From: Candidatus Dormibacteria bacterium
GTDB taxonomy: Bacteria; Chloroflexota; Dormibacteria; DASZGP01
Length of the DNA: 64,000 nt
Direction: 5' to 3'
NCBI GenBank assembly: GCA_050998755.1
Contig: JBPCPW010000013.1
Span: forward strand, 5,668 to 69,667
Under the pieces are notes generated by a model that had not been told where the DNA came from, did not search any database, and worked only from the letters and a program-made list of their open reading frames with translations. Both the position numbers and the translations under genes were made by a program. Each line of letters opens with the position of its first letter. Within the stretch, counting starts at the first letter, position 1. This document shows, one piece after another, positions 35,494-45,365 of the stretch.

Positions 35494-37497
35494 ATGCCAG
35501 TGCCAACTCGGATGTCCAGCTTTGTCGGCAGGCGGAAGGAGCTCGCCGAGGTCCGCCGCCTCCTCGGCCACACCCGTCTCCTCACCCTGGTCGGCCCCGG
35601 GGGCACCGGCAAGACCCGGCTGGCCACCGAGTTCGTCCGCGGCCGGGAGGCGCGGTTTCCCAACCCAACGGTATTCGTCGAGCTGGGCGCGCTGACCGAT
35701 GGCGACCGCGTGGTCCACGCTGTTGCCCGCGCGGCGGCGGTGAAGCTCGATGACGCCGAGCCACTTGCGTCACTGACCCGGCAGCTTGGCGAGCGGCCAT
35801 CGGTCGTCGTGCTGGACAACTGCGAGCACCTGGTGGCGGCCTCCGCCGAGGTTGCTGCCCGGCTCCTCGCCGAGTGCCCAGGGCTGGTCCTCATAGCCAC
35901 CAGCCGTGAGCGCCTCAACGTGGAGGGCGAGGTGGCCTGGACCGTCCCGCCGCTCCAGGTCCCGCAACAAGGCGACGACCTCGCCGCGGCGTCCGCCTCC
36001 GACGCGGTGAGCCTCTTCGTCGACCGAGCCCGAGCGGTCCGGCCGGGCTTCGCCCTCAACCAGGGCAACGCCCGCGCCGTCCTTGAGATCTGCCGCCGTC
36101 TTGACGGCATCCCGCTGGCAATCGAACTGGCCGCCGCGCGCATGACCACGCTGTCCCCCGCCGACCTCCACAGACGGCTGGACCGGCGTCTCCAGCTCCT
36201 CACCGGCGGGACCCGCGACCAGGCTCCGCGGCAGCAGACGCTACGCGCCACGATCGACTGGAGCTACGAGCTGCTCGACCTCCGCGAGCAGCGCCTGCTC
36301 CAGCGCATGTCGATATTCGCGGGCAGCCCCACTGCGGCGGCCATCGAGGAGGTTTGCGGCGCCCCGCCCCTGGACGGGCCGGCCATGCTGGACACCCTCA
36401 CTCGGCTGGTCGAGAAGTCGGTGGTCCAGGCGGCGGCCGGGGACGCCGCCACGCGCTACCGCCTGCTGGAAGCCATCCGCGAGTACGGGTACGAGAAGCT
36501 CGAGGCCGAGAGCCTTGTCGATGAGCTGCGTTTGCGCCAGCTGACCCGCTACAGGCGCCTCGCCGCCGAGGCGTTCGAAGCCGACAAGCGCCGCGGTCCG
36601 TCCGCTGAACATGCGCTGCTGTGGCAGGAGGTGGACGACCTGCGCGCCTCCCTGGAAGGGGGTTTGACAGCGCAGCCCGAGGCGGTGCTGGAGATCGTGG
36701 CCAACCTCTTTGGCTTCAGGCTCGCATACTCCCCGGCTGAGGGCCGGGATCGCCTGGGCAACGCGCTGTTACTGGCCGGGGCGGCCTCGCCCGACATACG
36801 GTCCCTGGCTGCCGGGTTCTGGATGGGCCTTGCGGGCATGACGGATTGGTCCGGCGAATGGCCGATCCCCCAGGACGAACTCCTGGCGATCATCCAGGCC
36901 GCCGAGGATCCCTTCGTGGTCGCGAACCGCTCGCAGGGCATGGGTTACATGGCGCAGCGCCAGCTGGGCGACTCCGAGGCGGCGAGCCGCTACCTGCGGG
37001 CCGCGATCGCTGGCTTCGAGGCCGTGGGCGCCACCTCCTACCTCGCGATGTCCATGGGCACCCTGGGCCAGGTCGAGATGCAGCTGGGGCGCCTGGAACA
37101 GGCCCGGACATGGATCGAGCGCGCAGGGATGACCAGCAAGGTCATCGCCGCCCGGCTCTTTCTCTCCGAGCGAACCGTTGAGAGCCACCTTGACCACGTC
37201 ATGACCAAGCTCGGCGTGGGCTCGCGGGCCCATTGCCTTCCACTGGCGTTTGATGGAGGCGTGGTACGAGGAGGACGAGGAGGTGCTGGCCCACCCGCGG
37301 GACCCGTACCACCGTATCGACGTCCTGCTCAGCACCCGGCGCGTGCTGGTCAAGCTGGACGGGCGCATCCTGGCCGACAGCTGCAACACGCGAATGCTGT
37401 TCGAGACCCATCTACCGGTGCGTTACTACTTCCCGGCGGAGGACGTCCGCATGGAGCACCTGACCCCATCGGACACCATCACCGCATGCGCCTATAA
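35494..37497 (+). CDS. Large LuxR-family regulator with an N-terminal STAND/AAA ATPase and TPR-like middle region. The ORF reads about 90 codons past the HTH.
   Basis: Walker A LVGPGGTGKTRLA. C-terminal LuxR HTH TSKVIAARLFLSERTVESHLDHVMTKLGV. Confidence 0.68.
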   Translation: MPVPTRMSSFVGRRKELAEVRRLLGHTRLLTLVGPGGTGKTRLATEFVRGREARFPNPTVFVELGALTDGDRVVHAVARAAAVKLDDAEPLASLTRQLGERPSVVVLDNCEHLVAASAEVAARLLAECPGLVLIATSRERLNVEGEVAWTVPPLQVPQQGDDLAAASASDAVSLFVDRARAVRPGFALNQGNARAVLEICRRLDGIPLAIELAAARMTTLSPADLHRRLDRRLQLLTGGTRDQAPRQQTLRATIDWSYELLDLREQRLLQRMSIFAGSPTAAAIEEVCGAPPLDGPAMLDTLTRLVEKSVVQAAAGDAATRYRLLEAIREYGYEKLEAESLVDELRLRQLTRYRRLAAEAFEADKRRGPSAEHALLWQEVDDLRASLEGGLTAQPEAVLEIVANLFGFRLAYSPAEGRDRLGNALLLAGAASPDIRSLAAGFWMGLAGMTDWSGEWPIPQDELLAIIQAAEDPFVVANRSQGMGYMAQRQLGDSEAASRYLRAAIAGFEAVGATSYLAMSMGTLGQVEMQLGRLEQARTWIERAGMTSKVIAARLFLSERTVESHLDHVMTKLGVGSRAHCLPLAFDGGVVRGGRGGAGPPAGPVPPYRRPAQHPARAGQAGRAHPGRQLQHANAVRDPSTGALLLPGGGRPHGAPDPIGHHHRMRL

Positions 37498-37663
37498 GGG
37501 AGTGACCAGCCGCTACTGGGACATCACCGAGGGCCAACGCGACATCGCCTGGTGCTACGACCGCCCGGCCCCGGAGTTCGCGGCGATCGCCGGTCTGATC
37601 GCCTTCTTCAACGAGCGTGTGGAGATCACCGTCGAGTCGGAAGATGGGGCTGCGCCGGCTTAG
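37250..37663 (+). CDS. DUF427-domain protein; overlaps the tail of the LuxR ORF in another frame.
   Basis: VRYYFPAEDVRMEHLTPSDTITACAYKGVTSRYWDI...DIAWCYDRP matches the DUF427 pattern (hyfP..dv....t.C.yKG.a.Yy). Confidence 0.45.
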   Translation: MMEAWYEEDEEVLAHPRDPYHRIDVLLSTRRVLVKLDGRILADSCNTRMLFETHLPVRYYFPAEDVRMEHLTPSDTITACAYKGVTSRYWDITEGQRDIAWCYDRPAPEFAAIAGLIAFFNERVEITVESEDGAAPA

Positions 37664-37697
37664 GCCCAGCGTCTCCCCGGCCGCTGAGCATGTCGCA

Positions 37698-38867
37698 TCA
37701 TGACGCCAGGGGCGATTCGGTGCCGGAACTCAGGAGCCGCATGTAGGCCTCGTACGCAAACAGCCGGTTCCGCTTCTTGCCCGTGATCTCGATCACCAGG
37801 CCCGTCTGGTGCAGACGATCGACCGACCGCAGCACCGCAGGCGTACTCAGACCGAGTTCGCGTGTCATCTCCGCCACGGTCGTCACGGGATGCCGCTGCA
37901 GGTGCTCATGGACGCGGAGCAAAGAGCCCGCCGCCCTCCCCTCCGCCCGGAGGCGGGCGCGGTCTGATTCAAATAGCTCAAGGATGGACCGTGCCGTTTG
38001 CGCTGCCTCGTCGGCGGTGCTGACCACCCCCTCGAGAAAGAATTCGAGCCAGGCCTCCCAGTCCCCCTCGGCTCTGACGGCGTCGAGGAGCTGGTAATAC
38101 GTCGCTCGCTGTTCCTTCAGATAGAGGCTCAGATAGAGCAGCGGGTCCTTGATGGCACCTTCGGCACAAAGAACCAGCGTCACAAGCAGCCTGCCCATGC
38201 GGCCGTTGCCGTCAAGGAATGGATGGATCGTTTCGAATTGCAGGTGGGCGAGCGCGGCTTTCAGGAGGGTCGGCGTCCGCACAGGGGTGTCGTGGAGAAA
38301 AAGTTCCAGTTCTCCCATCAACCTCGTGACCTCCTCGTGCGGGGCCGGTACAAATGCGGCGTTCCCGGGCCGAGTCCCACCGAGCCAGTTCTGCGAGCGT
38401 CGGAACTCGCCGGGCTCCTTCTCGCTGCCGCGCCCGCTCCGAAGGAGGATGGCGTGGATCTCCTTGAGAACGCGCAGCGAAAGAGGAAAGCCGGAACGGA
38501 TCCTGTCTAGTCCATGCTCCATAGCCGCCACATAGTTCGAAACCTCGGTCACGTCGGCTGACGGCTGGCTGGCCCGGAGTTCCTCAAACAGCAGCAGATC
38601 GGACAGTGATGACTGCGTCCCTTCGATCTGGGACGAAAGGACGGCCTCCTTCCGGACGTAGAAGTAGAGCACGAGATCGAGGTCTGGCAGCACGCTAGCG
38701 AGGCCGTCAAGCCGGCCCAGGGATCTGTTCGCGCGTTCGAGGAGATCCTGCAGTCGTTGGTCGAGCAGGATCGGCGGGGAAGGAGGGAGCCCATTGGGCA
38801 CATAGACGCGATACTCCTCTCCGCCGCCCCGCATCCGGAGCAGAGTGCCCTGGTTGCCGCGCCGCAT
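37698..38867 (-). CDS. Fic family protein (AMPylator-type) with Fic_N and a C-terminal winged HTH.
   Basis: Canonical Fic motif HPFLDGNGRMGRL. Confidence 0.85.
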   Translation of the reverse strand: MRRGNQGTLLRMRGGGEEYRVYVPNGLPPSPPILLDQRLQDLLERANRSLGRLDGLASVLPDLDLVLYFYVRKEAVLSSQIEGTQSSLSDLLLFEELRASQPSADVTEVSNYVAAMEHGLDRIRSGFPLSLRVLKEIHAILLRSGRGSEKEPGEFRRSQNWLGGTRPGNAAFVPAPHEEVTRLMGELELFLHDTPVRTPTLLKAALAHLQFETIHPFLDGNGRMGRLLVTLVLCAEGAIKDPLLYLSLYLKEQRATYYQLLDAVRAEGDWEAWLEFFLEGVVSTADEAAQTARSILELFESDRARLRAEGRAAGSLLRVHEHLQRHPVTTVAEMTRELGLSTPAVLRSVDRLHQTGLVIEITGKKRNRLFAYEAYMRLLSSGTESPLAS

Positions 38868-39016
38868 TGGATGACCTCCTTGATTACGTCTGCGTTACTT
38901 AGAGGGAGTACTAGTTATGTTTCGAAGTGTAAATGTTACTAGGCTGATCCGTGGAGAGGGGATCGCCCGAGAACGCGGGCTGCCGCTCCTGCGACATGCA
39001 GATGTAGAATTATCGC

Positions 39017-39448
39017 ATGCGTATGCGTACCGGGACCCCAGCGACAACCACCAGCCCCCGCGCGGGCACTCAGCGCCCGCAACTGCGAAACCGACTGCCT
39101 GAGCACCTCGCGGCCTCGCGGCTCTCTGCCGAGCAGGTGGCGCAGCGGGTGGAGGCCATCACCGGCACCGCCTTGGACCGCCGCACCCTTCGGCGTTATC
39201 TCTCCGGCGCGCCGGTTCTCGACGCCACCGCCGTCACCCTCGCGGCGATCGCGCAGGCCCTTGAAATCCCGCTGGGCAACGCGGTCGAACTCGAGGTCGA
39301 AGATGCGCTTGAGGCTCAGCTGTCCGCGTCCGGCCGTCGCCTCCTGAGTGCAGCCCCAGGCCCGGTGCCGCGCCTGTGGGGCCGGCCGGATCCTGCCTGG
39401 GGCGACCTGGTCGAACCCTTCCTCGAGGATCGCCGCAGCCGCTACTGA
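39017..39448 (+). CDS. XRE-like HTH protein; putative antitoxin for the downstream PIN gene.
   Basis: LSAEQVAQRVEAITGTALDRRTLRRYLSG...LAAIAQALEIPL HTH. Its stop overlaps the PIN start (TGATG). Confidence 0.5.
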   Translation: MRMRTGTPATTTSPRAGTQRPQLRNRLPEHLAASRLSAEQVAQRVEAITGTALDRRTLRRYLSGAPVLDATAVTLAAIAQALEIPLGNAVELEVEDALEAQLSASGRRLLSAAPGPVPRLWGRPDPAWGDLVEPFLEDRRSRY

Positions 39449-39882
39449 TGTCGGTCACTGCCAGCGTGCTTGACACATCTGCGTTCGGCCGCGCGTTCGA
39501 AGCCGGCCCGCACCAGGCCGAAGTACTGGAGTTGCTCGATTCGCGCCGAGCCGTGATCTCAATGCTCGTGGTGCCAGAGGCGCGCGGCATCGTCAACACC
39601 AAGATCCGGCGCGGGCTTTCCCCACGCGATGCCGAGCGCCTGTGGCGGCAACTGCAACATGGCCTGGCGCTGGCGCGCCGGGCACCCGTCGAGGTCGAGG
39701 ACTACGAACGCGCCCAGAAGATCCTGGTCGGCTCGCCGACACTGGTCGCCGCGGATGCGCTCCACGTCGCCGTCGCCATGGGCATTGCCGGCGCCGGCGC
39801 GCGGGTCACTTTCCTCACCGCCGACGAGCGCCAGGCCAGCGTGGCCGGGCGTCTGCTCGACGAGGTCCGGCTGCTGGCCTGA
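39448..39882 (+). CDS. PIN-domain protein (VapC-like toxin).
   Basis: MSVTASVLDTSAF...VTFLTADERQ. Confidence 0.55.
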   Translation: MSVTASVLDTSAFGRAFEAGPHQAEVLELLDSRRAVISMLVVPEARGIVNTKIRRGLSPRDAERLWRQLQHGLALARRAPVEVEDYERAQKILVGSPTLVAADALHVAVAMGIAGAGARVTFLTADERQASVAGRLLDEVRLLA

Positions 39883-39904
39883 CCGGCGTCGCCGGCGCAG
39901 GTTC

Positions 39905-41125
39905 TCAGCCGCCCGCCGGCACCGCCTCACTCATCAGCGACGCAACGTCCGCCGCCACCTCCGCGGGGGCCGGCATGGCGGCGATCTCGGCCGCCAGCTC
40001 ACCCGCGCGGCGCCTCAGGCCCGGGTCGGTGAGAGCGCGCTCGATTCCCGCCCGGAGCACCTCGACGGTGACATCCTCCGGCGCCGCGATGCCGACGGTG
40101 TTCGGTCCCATCTGCACCGTCGCGGTCGTGCACAGCACGGCGACCCCGGCCCTCTCGCAGGCCGCTGCCACCAGGGGCTGGTCGGTCCCCAGCGGCACCA
40201 GGCACATCGGCAGACCCGCTGTCAGCGACCCGTATGCCGTCCCCCGCCCGGCATGGCACACGACCGCGCTGGCCCGGTCGAGGATGAGGTCCTGGTCGAT
40301 GTATCGGGCGACGCGGACGTTCGCCGGCAGCTCACCGAGCGCCGCGATGTCGCCGCTGATCCCAATCGTCATGACCACGTCGACGTCGAGGGCCGCCACC
40401 GCAGCGGCAATCTTCTGGAAGACCAGGACATTGTGGCTGAGGACAGTGCCCATGGTGACGTACAGGATCGGTCTGCCAACCAGGTCCGCCAGCCACGCCG
40501 GCGCCTCCGCCTCGGCGGCGCTAGCGACCTGGACCGGGCGCAGCGGACGCCGGTTGGTTACAAACGCCGACATGCCGTCTTCCAGGGAGGGCGGCGTGGT
40601 GTCGAGGGTCACCACTCCCTGTAGGGTGGAGAGTTCATCGTCAACAGCCAGGCCGCGGGTGGCGCGTGCCGCGGCCAGCTCCTCGCCGATGATCATCCTC
40701 GCCACCATCGCCGGCATCGGCGCACTCAGTGCGAAGACCGCCACCGGGATGCCCAGCTCGTCCCCCGACAGCCAGCCGCCGAAGCTCAGGTTGTCGCGGA
40801 TGATGAGGTCGGGCCGCCACTCACGCGCCAGCTCGGCGATCCCCTCCGCGGCGGGGACCGCGGTCTTCGCCACCAGCCAGTTGAGCTGCTCAAGGGGGTT
40901 GGTGGCACCCGCGTCCGCGAGTTCGCTGCCGGCCTCACGCCCGTCCCAGTCGGGCCCGTGGCCCACCGGCGTCAGCCCGGCCGCGCGGATCGCCCAACCG
41001 AACGCGCGCGTCGACGCCACGCGCACCTCGTGACCCTCCGACTCCAGCGCGCGGGCGAAGGCGACGATGGGGTTCAGGTGCCCCGACCCCGGGACAATGC
41101 TGAACAGGATGCGCTTGCCGGCCAT
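39905..41125 (-). CDS. GT1-family glycosyltransferase (MGT/UDP-glycosyltransferase-like).
   Basis: MAGKRILFSIVPGSGHLNPIVAFARALESEGHEV N-terminus typical of MGT-type GT-B enzymes. Confidence 0.72.
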   Translation of the reverse strand: MAGKRILFSIVPGSGHLNPIVAFARALESEGHEVRVASTRAFGWAIRAAGLTPVGHGPDWDGREAGSELADAGATNPLEQLNWLVAKTAVPAAEGIAELAREWRPDLIIRDNLSFGGWLSGDELGIPVAVFALSAPMPAMVARMIIGEELAAARATRGLAVDDELSTLQGVVTLDTTPPSLEDGMSAFVTNRRPLRPVQVASAAEAEAPAWLADLVGRPILYVTMGTVLSHNVLVFQKIAAAVAALDVDVVMTIGISGDIAALGELPANVRVARYIDQDLILDRASAVVCHAGRGTAYGSLTAGLPMCLVPLGTDQPLVAAACERAGVAVLCTTATVQMGPNTVGIAAPEDVTVEVLRAGIERALTDPGLRRRAGELAAEIAAMPAPAEVAADVASLMSEAVPAGG

Positions 41126-41200
41126 ACTTGCCTCCTTCAGTACTCAGACATTCGATGCAGTCATACTGCACTCATCGCTGTGCTACTGTAGACCCGACAG

Positions 41201-41812
41201 ATGGCCGACGTCAAGCCCCCCCCAACATATCGCCAGCTCCAGGCCCAGGAGACCCGCCGCCGAATTGCGGCGTCGGCTCGCCGTCTCTTCGCCGAGAACG
41301 GGTACTCCACAACCGCCATCGGCGCGATCGCGCAGGACGTCGGTGTCGCGGCGCGCACCGTCTACGCCACCTTCGGCACCAAGAAGGCGATCCTCGGCGC
41401 CATCTGCCAGACATGGTTGGAAGAGTCGCTGACCATCGCGCTCATCGGCGAGGCGGTGAGCGAGGCGAACCCGCGACGGGCCCTCGAACTCCTCGCCCAA
41501 GCCTCCCGCCAGCAGTGGGAGAGCGGTGGCGACATCGTATCCATGCTCCAGACGGCGGCCGCCACGGATGGCGAGATCGCCGCCATGCTGCAGGAGTGGG
41601 GCGGTGATCGGCAGAGGGCGATGAGCGGGGTGATTCGACGGATCGGCGGAGAGCTGAGGCCAGGACTTGACCAGAAGTCCGCTGGCGCAATCATCCGGGC
41701 GCTGACCCATCCCGGGCTCTACCAATCGCTGGTCCACGACACCGGCTGGAGCCCCGATCGCTTCCAGCGTTGGCTGGCCGACACCATGATCATGCAGTTC
41801 CTCAAGGAGTGA
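41201..41812 (+). CDS. TetR/AcrR family transcriptional regulator.
   Basis: TRRRIAASARRLFAENGYSTTAIGAIAQDVGVAARTVYATFGTKKAIL. Confidence 0.85.
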   Translation: MADVKPPPTYRQLQAQETRRRIAASARRLFAENGYSTTAIGAIAQDVGVAARTVYATFGTKKAILGAICQTWLEESLTIALIGEAVSEANPRRALELLAQASRQQWESGGDIVSMLQTAAATDGEIAAMLQEWGGDRQRAMSGVIRRIGGELRPGLDQKSAGAIIRALTHPGLYQSLVHDTGWSPDRFQRWLADTMIMQFLKE

Positions 41813-41827
41813 GAGCCTCGACACCCT

Positions 41828-42070
41828 ATGTGGTACCCTACATCGGTGAAGAAGACCAGCCTGTACCTCCACGAGACCGACGTGCAGCGACTGCGACGGC
41901 TGGCGGCCGCTGAGGGAAGGAGCCAGGCCGACATCGTCCGCTCCGCGATCGCGACCTATGAAGCCGCCAGCACGGCACGGAGCTTTGCGCTCGATGGGGT
42001 CTGGACGGGAGATGGCTCGTCGGTCGCCGACATCCCCGAGGAGGAACTGCTCAAGGGCTTCGGCGAGTGA
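41828..42070 (+). CDS. vapB: RHH (CopG-like) VapB antitoxin.
   Basis: KKTSLYLHETDVQRLRRLAAAEGRSQADIVRSAIATY. Confidence 0.7.
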   Translation: MWYPTSVKKTSLYLHETDVQRLRRLAAAEGRSQADIVRSAIATYEAASTARSFALDGVWTGDGSSVADIPEEELLKGFGE

Positions 42071-42489
42071 CCCTGGTCATCGACGCCGCCCCGCTGATCG
42101 CTTTGAGCGACCGGGCCGATCCGCGGCGCGACGAAGTTCGTCGTGTGCTCGCGTCAGAACCGGGCAGGCTCGTCATCCCCGCCACAGTCACCGCCGAGGT
42201 GGACTACATCCTTCGGCAGCGCGCCGGTCGCGCAGCGGCACGGGCATTCCTGGCCGACCTGGCATCGGCGTCTTTCCTGGTGGAGAGCCTCACTGTCGAG
42301 GAGCACGGTATGGCACTGGAGATCGACCAGCGGTACCCTCGGCTGGACGTCGGCCTGGCCGACCTCTCGATTGTCGTACTGGCGCACCGGCTAGGGGTCA
42401 AGCGCCTCCTCACCTTTGACGAGCGCCATTTCCGTGTTCTCGGGCCGGTATCTGGCGGGACCTTTCAGTTGCTCCCCGCCGATGGCTAA
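42067..42489 (+). CDS. vapC: VapC PIN-domain toxin.
   Basis: MTLVIDAAPLIALSDR...LLTFDERHFRVL. ATGA overlap with vapB. Confidence 0.8.
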   Translation: MTLVIDAAPLIALSDRADPRRDEVRRVLASEPGRLVIPATVTAEVDYILRQRAGRAAARAFLADLASASFLVESLTVEEHGMALEIDQRYPRLDVGLADLSIVVLAHRLGVKRLLTFDERHFRVLGPVSGGTFQLLPADG

Positions 42490-42510
42490 CCGGACCCGGC
42501 CGCGCATCAG

Positions 42511-42820
42511 ATGCGCTCGCTGATAGCATCAGTCATCATGGCTCGCACCACGCTGGACCTCGACGCCTCGGTATTGCGCGCGCTGAAACGTCGGGGGCGT
42601 GGACGCGCTCCTGGGCCGCCCCCATATCCGGACGCCGGGCGAGGAAGAGGGTTTCTGGCAGATCTACCAGGCCACTGCGGGCCGGCAACCCCGCGGTCAC
42701 GACGTCCCCGATGCACATCTTGCCGCGCTGATGCGCCAGCACGGCGTGGGGCTGATCTACTCGCGGGACCGCGACTTCCGTCGCTTTCCCGGCATCCGGG
42801 TGAAGAATCCATTCGAGTGA
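42511..42820 (+). pseudogene. Degenerate VapBC remnant: an antitoxin-like N-terminal fragment (MARTTLDLDASVLRALKRRG...) followed out of frame by a PIN C-terminal fragment (...DAHLAALMRQHGVGLIYSRDRDFRRFPGIRV).
   Basis: Two short ORFs (42511.. and 42599..42820), each carrying only half of its family. Confidence 0.5.
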
Positions 42821-42990
42821 CGGTCGGATCGGCCCGGGACCCTGAAACCGCGCTGAGCGTTAGTGGCTAGGGCGCCACCGCGAGATGGTTGACGTAGCTC
42901 TCCCACCTCCCCCGGTGGCCGTGCGAACAAGAAATCCGCAGAAAGTAAAGGGGCGCGCCCTGCGGCCCGCCCCTTCAGAACCCGGTCAGG

Positions 42991-43479
42991 TCAGACGGTC
43001 TCTGCCGCGACCTCCTCGGCGACCGCGGCCTTGCTCTCACCGAGCTGGCCTTCGATCTCGAGCTTGACCTTGTCGCCCACCAGCAGCCCGCCGACGGCCT
43101 GCGCCGGGGCGTTCCACTTGAGGCCGTAGTCGCCGCGGCTGATCTCGCCGCTGAACGATGCGCCGATCTTGCGGTTGCCGTAGGGGTCAGTTCCCTCGCC
43201 GGCGTACTCGCCGGTGAACACCACCGACTTGGTGACGTCGCGGATGGTGAGATCGCCCGTGACCTTGAGGCTTTCGCCCTCGGCTTCAACGGTGGTCACC
43301 TTGAAGGTGATCTTGGGGTATTTCTCCACTTCGAAGAAGTCCGCGCAGATGCGTTGGGAATCTCCTGCCCGCTGGACAAAAACGCGGACCAGCGTGAGAT
43401 GAGGTCGGGGTCGGGGCGCGCCTTGTTGGCGAGATAGGCCGCACTGAGGATCACGGTGTCGACCGAGAGCTTGACGCAA
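42991..43479 (-). pseudogene. YceI-family domain that appears N-terminally truncated.
   Basis: The C-terminal two-thirds match YceI (DFFEVEKYPKITFKVTTV...GDLTIRDVTKSVVFTGEY). The first ~45 aa do not. It overlaps the hydrolase fragment ORF. Confidence 0.45.
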
Positions 43480-44017
43480 CCGTTGGGTTTGAGACTCTCG
43501 AGCAGCCCGCTGAAGGTGTGCCCGGGCGACACCGCCTTGATCCGCGGGTCGGTCTTCGCCACCAGGTTGGTGGTGCCCCCGCCCTGGCTGTAGCCGGTGA
43601 TCCCCACGTGCGTGGCATCCGCGCCGGTCGCGGGATGGGACAGCACCCAGTCGAGCACGTCGCGCGCGTCCTGAACCGTCTTCGGGCCGAAGAAGTCGAA
43701 CAGCCCCCCTGAGTCGTAGGGCGGAGCGCCGTGCCCGCGCGCCGACCAGACAACGCCGACATATCCGATCTGGGCGTAGGCCTCAGCGCGCCCCGCCTCG
43801 CTGGTCAGGTCGCCTCCCCCGCCGTGCGGGATCATCACGACGGGGTACGTGCCGGCCGCGGCCGGGCGGTAGTAGCGCGCCTTGAGCGCGACGCCGTCAA
43901 TTGACGACGTGATCGTGAAGTCGGAGGTGACCACCGCCGCTGCTGCCGCAGAGCGCGGCGCAACACCGCCGAAAACACCGACGAGGGCGATGAGCGCCAG
44001 GATCCGCGCGCGCGGCT
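43296..44017 (-). pseudogene. Alpha/beta-hydrolase (CocE/peptidase-like) fragment with a signal peptide but no canonical start, truncated at its C-terminus.
   Basis: GYSQGG nucleophile elbow. The signal-peptide-like LKPRARILALIALVGVFGGVAPRSAAAAA lies upstream of the GTG used by the ORF track, with no ATG/GTG/TTG in frame. The tail runs into the YceI ORF. Confidence 0.4.
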
Positions 44018-44280
44018 TCAGGGCTCCAGCAACTCCTTGACCAGGCCGTTCAGTTTGTCGGCGTTGCTGCGGATGATGCGCACATACTCCAGGATCGTCT
44101 CGTGGTCGTCGGTGTACTCGAGGAGATCGGCGAAACCCATGATGGCAGTCAGAGGGGTGCGCAGCTTATCTTATGGGCCATCTCGTCCCGCTGGTCCGCT
44201 GTGACCTTGCCCTCCACCTGACCTACGCTATCAAGCAATGGGCCGTTCACAACGCCAGGACAGTGTCTGAGAGCAAGAGG
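44018..44280 (-). pseudogene. Histidine-kinase HisKA (H-box) remnant disrupted by a 5-bp tandem duplication.
   Basis: The frames joined across CTTATCTTAT (44165-44174) read ...QRDEMAHK|LRTPLTAIMGFADLLEY..., a perfect HisKA H-box. A stop follows the DHp region and there is no HATPase domain. Confidence 0.45.
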
Positions 44281-44285
44281 GCCTG

Positions 44286-45326
44286 ATGGCCCACCTCGGC
44301 CTGCCCGTCCTCGGTGGCATCTTCCTCGCTGCCGTGGCCCTCGTCTGGGTCGCGGGGATCCAGCTCTCCAACACCACCGATGAGATCGACGCGAAATTCG
44401 GTTTCGGCGAGGCGCTGGGCGGCCTCATCCTGCTGGCCGTGGCGACCAACCTCCCTGAGATTGCGATCGTTGGCACCGCGGCGGCGCAGCACAACTTCGA
44501 CATCGCGACCGGCAACATCCTCGGCGGCGTCGCCATCCAGACGGTGGTGCTGGTGGCGCTTGATGGCTTTGGAGTGCCGCGCCGGCCCCTGACCAATGCC
44601 ACCGCGTCGCTGGTGCAGGTGCTCGAGGGGGTGCTGGTGATGGCGGTTCTCGCGGTGGCCATAGCCGCCACCCTCCTCCCGCGCAGCCTGGTCGTGGCCA
44701 GGGTGGACCCCAGCGCGCTGCTGATCGTGGTGTTGTGGGTCGGCGGCCTCTGGTTCGTGCGCCGCGCCAGCAAGAGCCTGCCCTGGAGGACCACCCGCGA
44801 GGACGCCCCCGATGCCGGCCGGAAGCGTCGCGCCAAGAAGCGCAAACCGCGCCCTATAGCGGTGACGCTGGTGATCTTCGGCGCCGCAGCGGTGGCCACG
44901 CTGGCGGCGGGGATCGGATTGGAGGAGAGCGGCAATGCGATCGCCAACCAGATCCACCTCAACGGCGCCGTGTTCGGTGGGACCGTGCTGGCCGCTGCCA
45001 CCGCCCTGCCCGAACTGTCGACCGGGTTGGCGGCAGTGCGCATCGAGGATTTTGAGCTGGCGGTGAGCGACATTTTCGGCGGCAATGCCTTCCTGCCGGT
45101 GCTGTTCTTCCCGGCGACACTGCTGGCGGGCGAGTCGGTGCTGGGCAAGGCCGCCAAGACCGACGTGTTTCTCGCTGTCCTGGGCATCCTGCTGACGGCC
45201 ATTTACGTTTACGGCCTGGTGCTCAGACCGAAGCGGCAATACCTGCGGCTGGGGCCGGATTCGATTGCTGTTCTGACGCTCTACCTCGTGGGAATCGCCG
45301 GGCTGGTGGTCGTGAGCCGAAGCTGA
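44286..45326 (+). CDS. CaCA-family cation (Ca2+/Na+ or H+) antiporter, YrbG-like.
   Basis: Two alpha-repeat regions with GEALGGLILLAVATNLPEIAI and GGTVLAAATALPELSTG. 10 TM helices. Confidence 0.78.
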   Translation: MAHLGLPVLGGIFLAAVALVWVAGIQLSNTTDEIDAKFGFGEALGGLILLAVATNLPEIAIVGTAAAQHNFDIATGNILGGVAIQTVVLVALDGFGVPRRPLTNATASLVQVLEGVLVMAVLAVAIAATLLPRSLVVARVDPSALLIVVLWVGGLWFVRRASKSLPWRTTREDAPDAGRKRRAKKRKPRPIAVTLVIFGAAAVATLAAGIGLEESGNAIANQIHLNGAVFGGTVLAAATALPELSTGLAAVRIEDFELAVSDIFGGNAFLPVLFFPATLLAGESVLGKAAKTDVFLAVLGILLTAIYVYGLVLRPKRQYLRLGPDSIAVLTLYLVGIAGLVVVSRS

Positions 45327-45365
45327 GGGTAAGACCCTGGTCATGATGCAGCGCTCTGTGCTACC

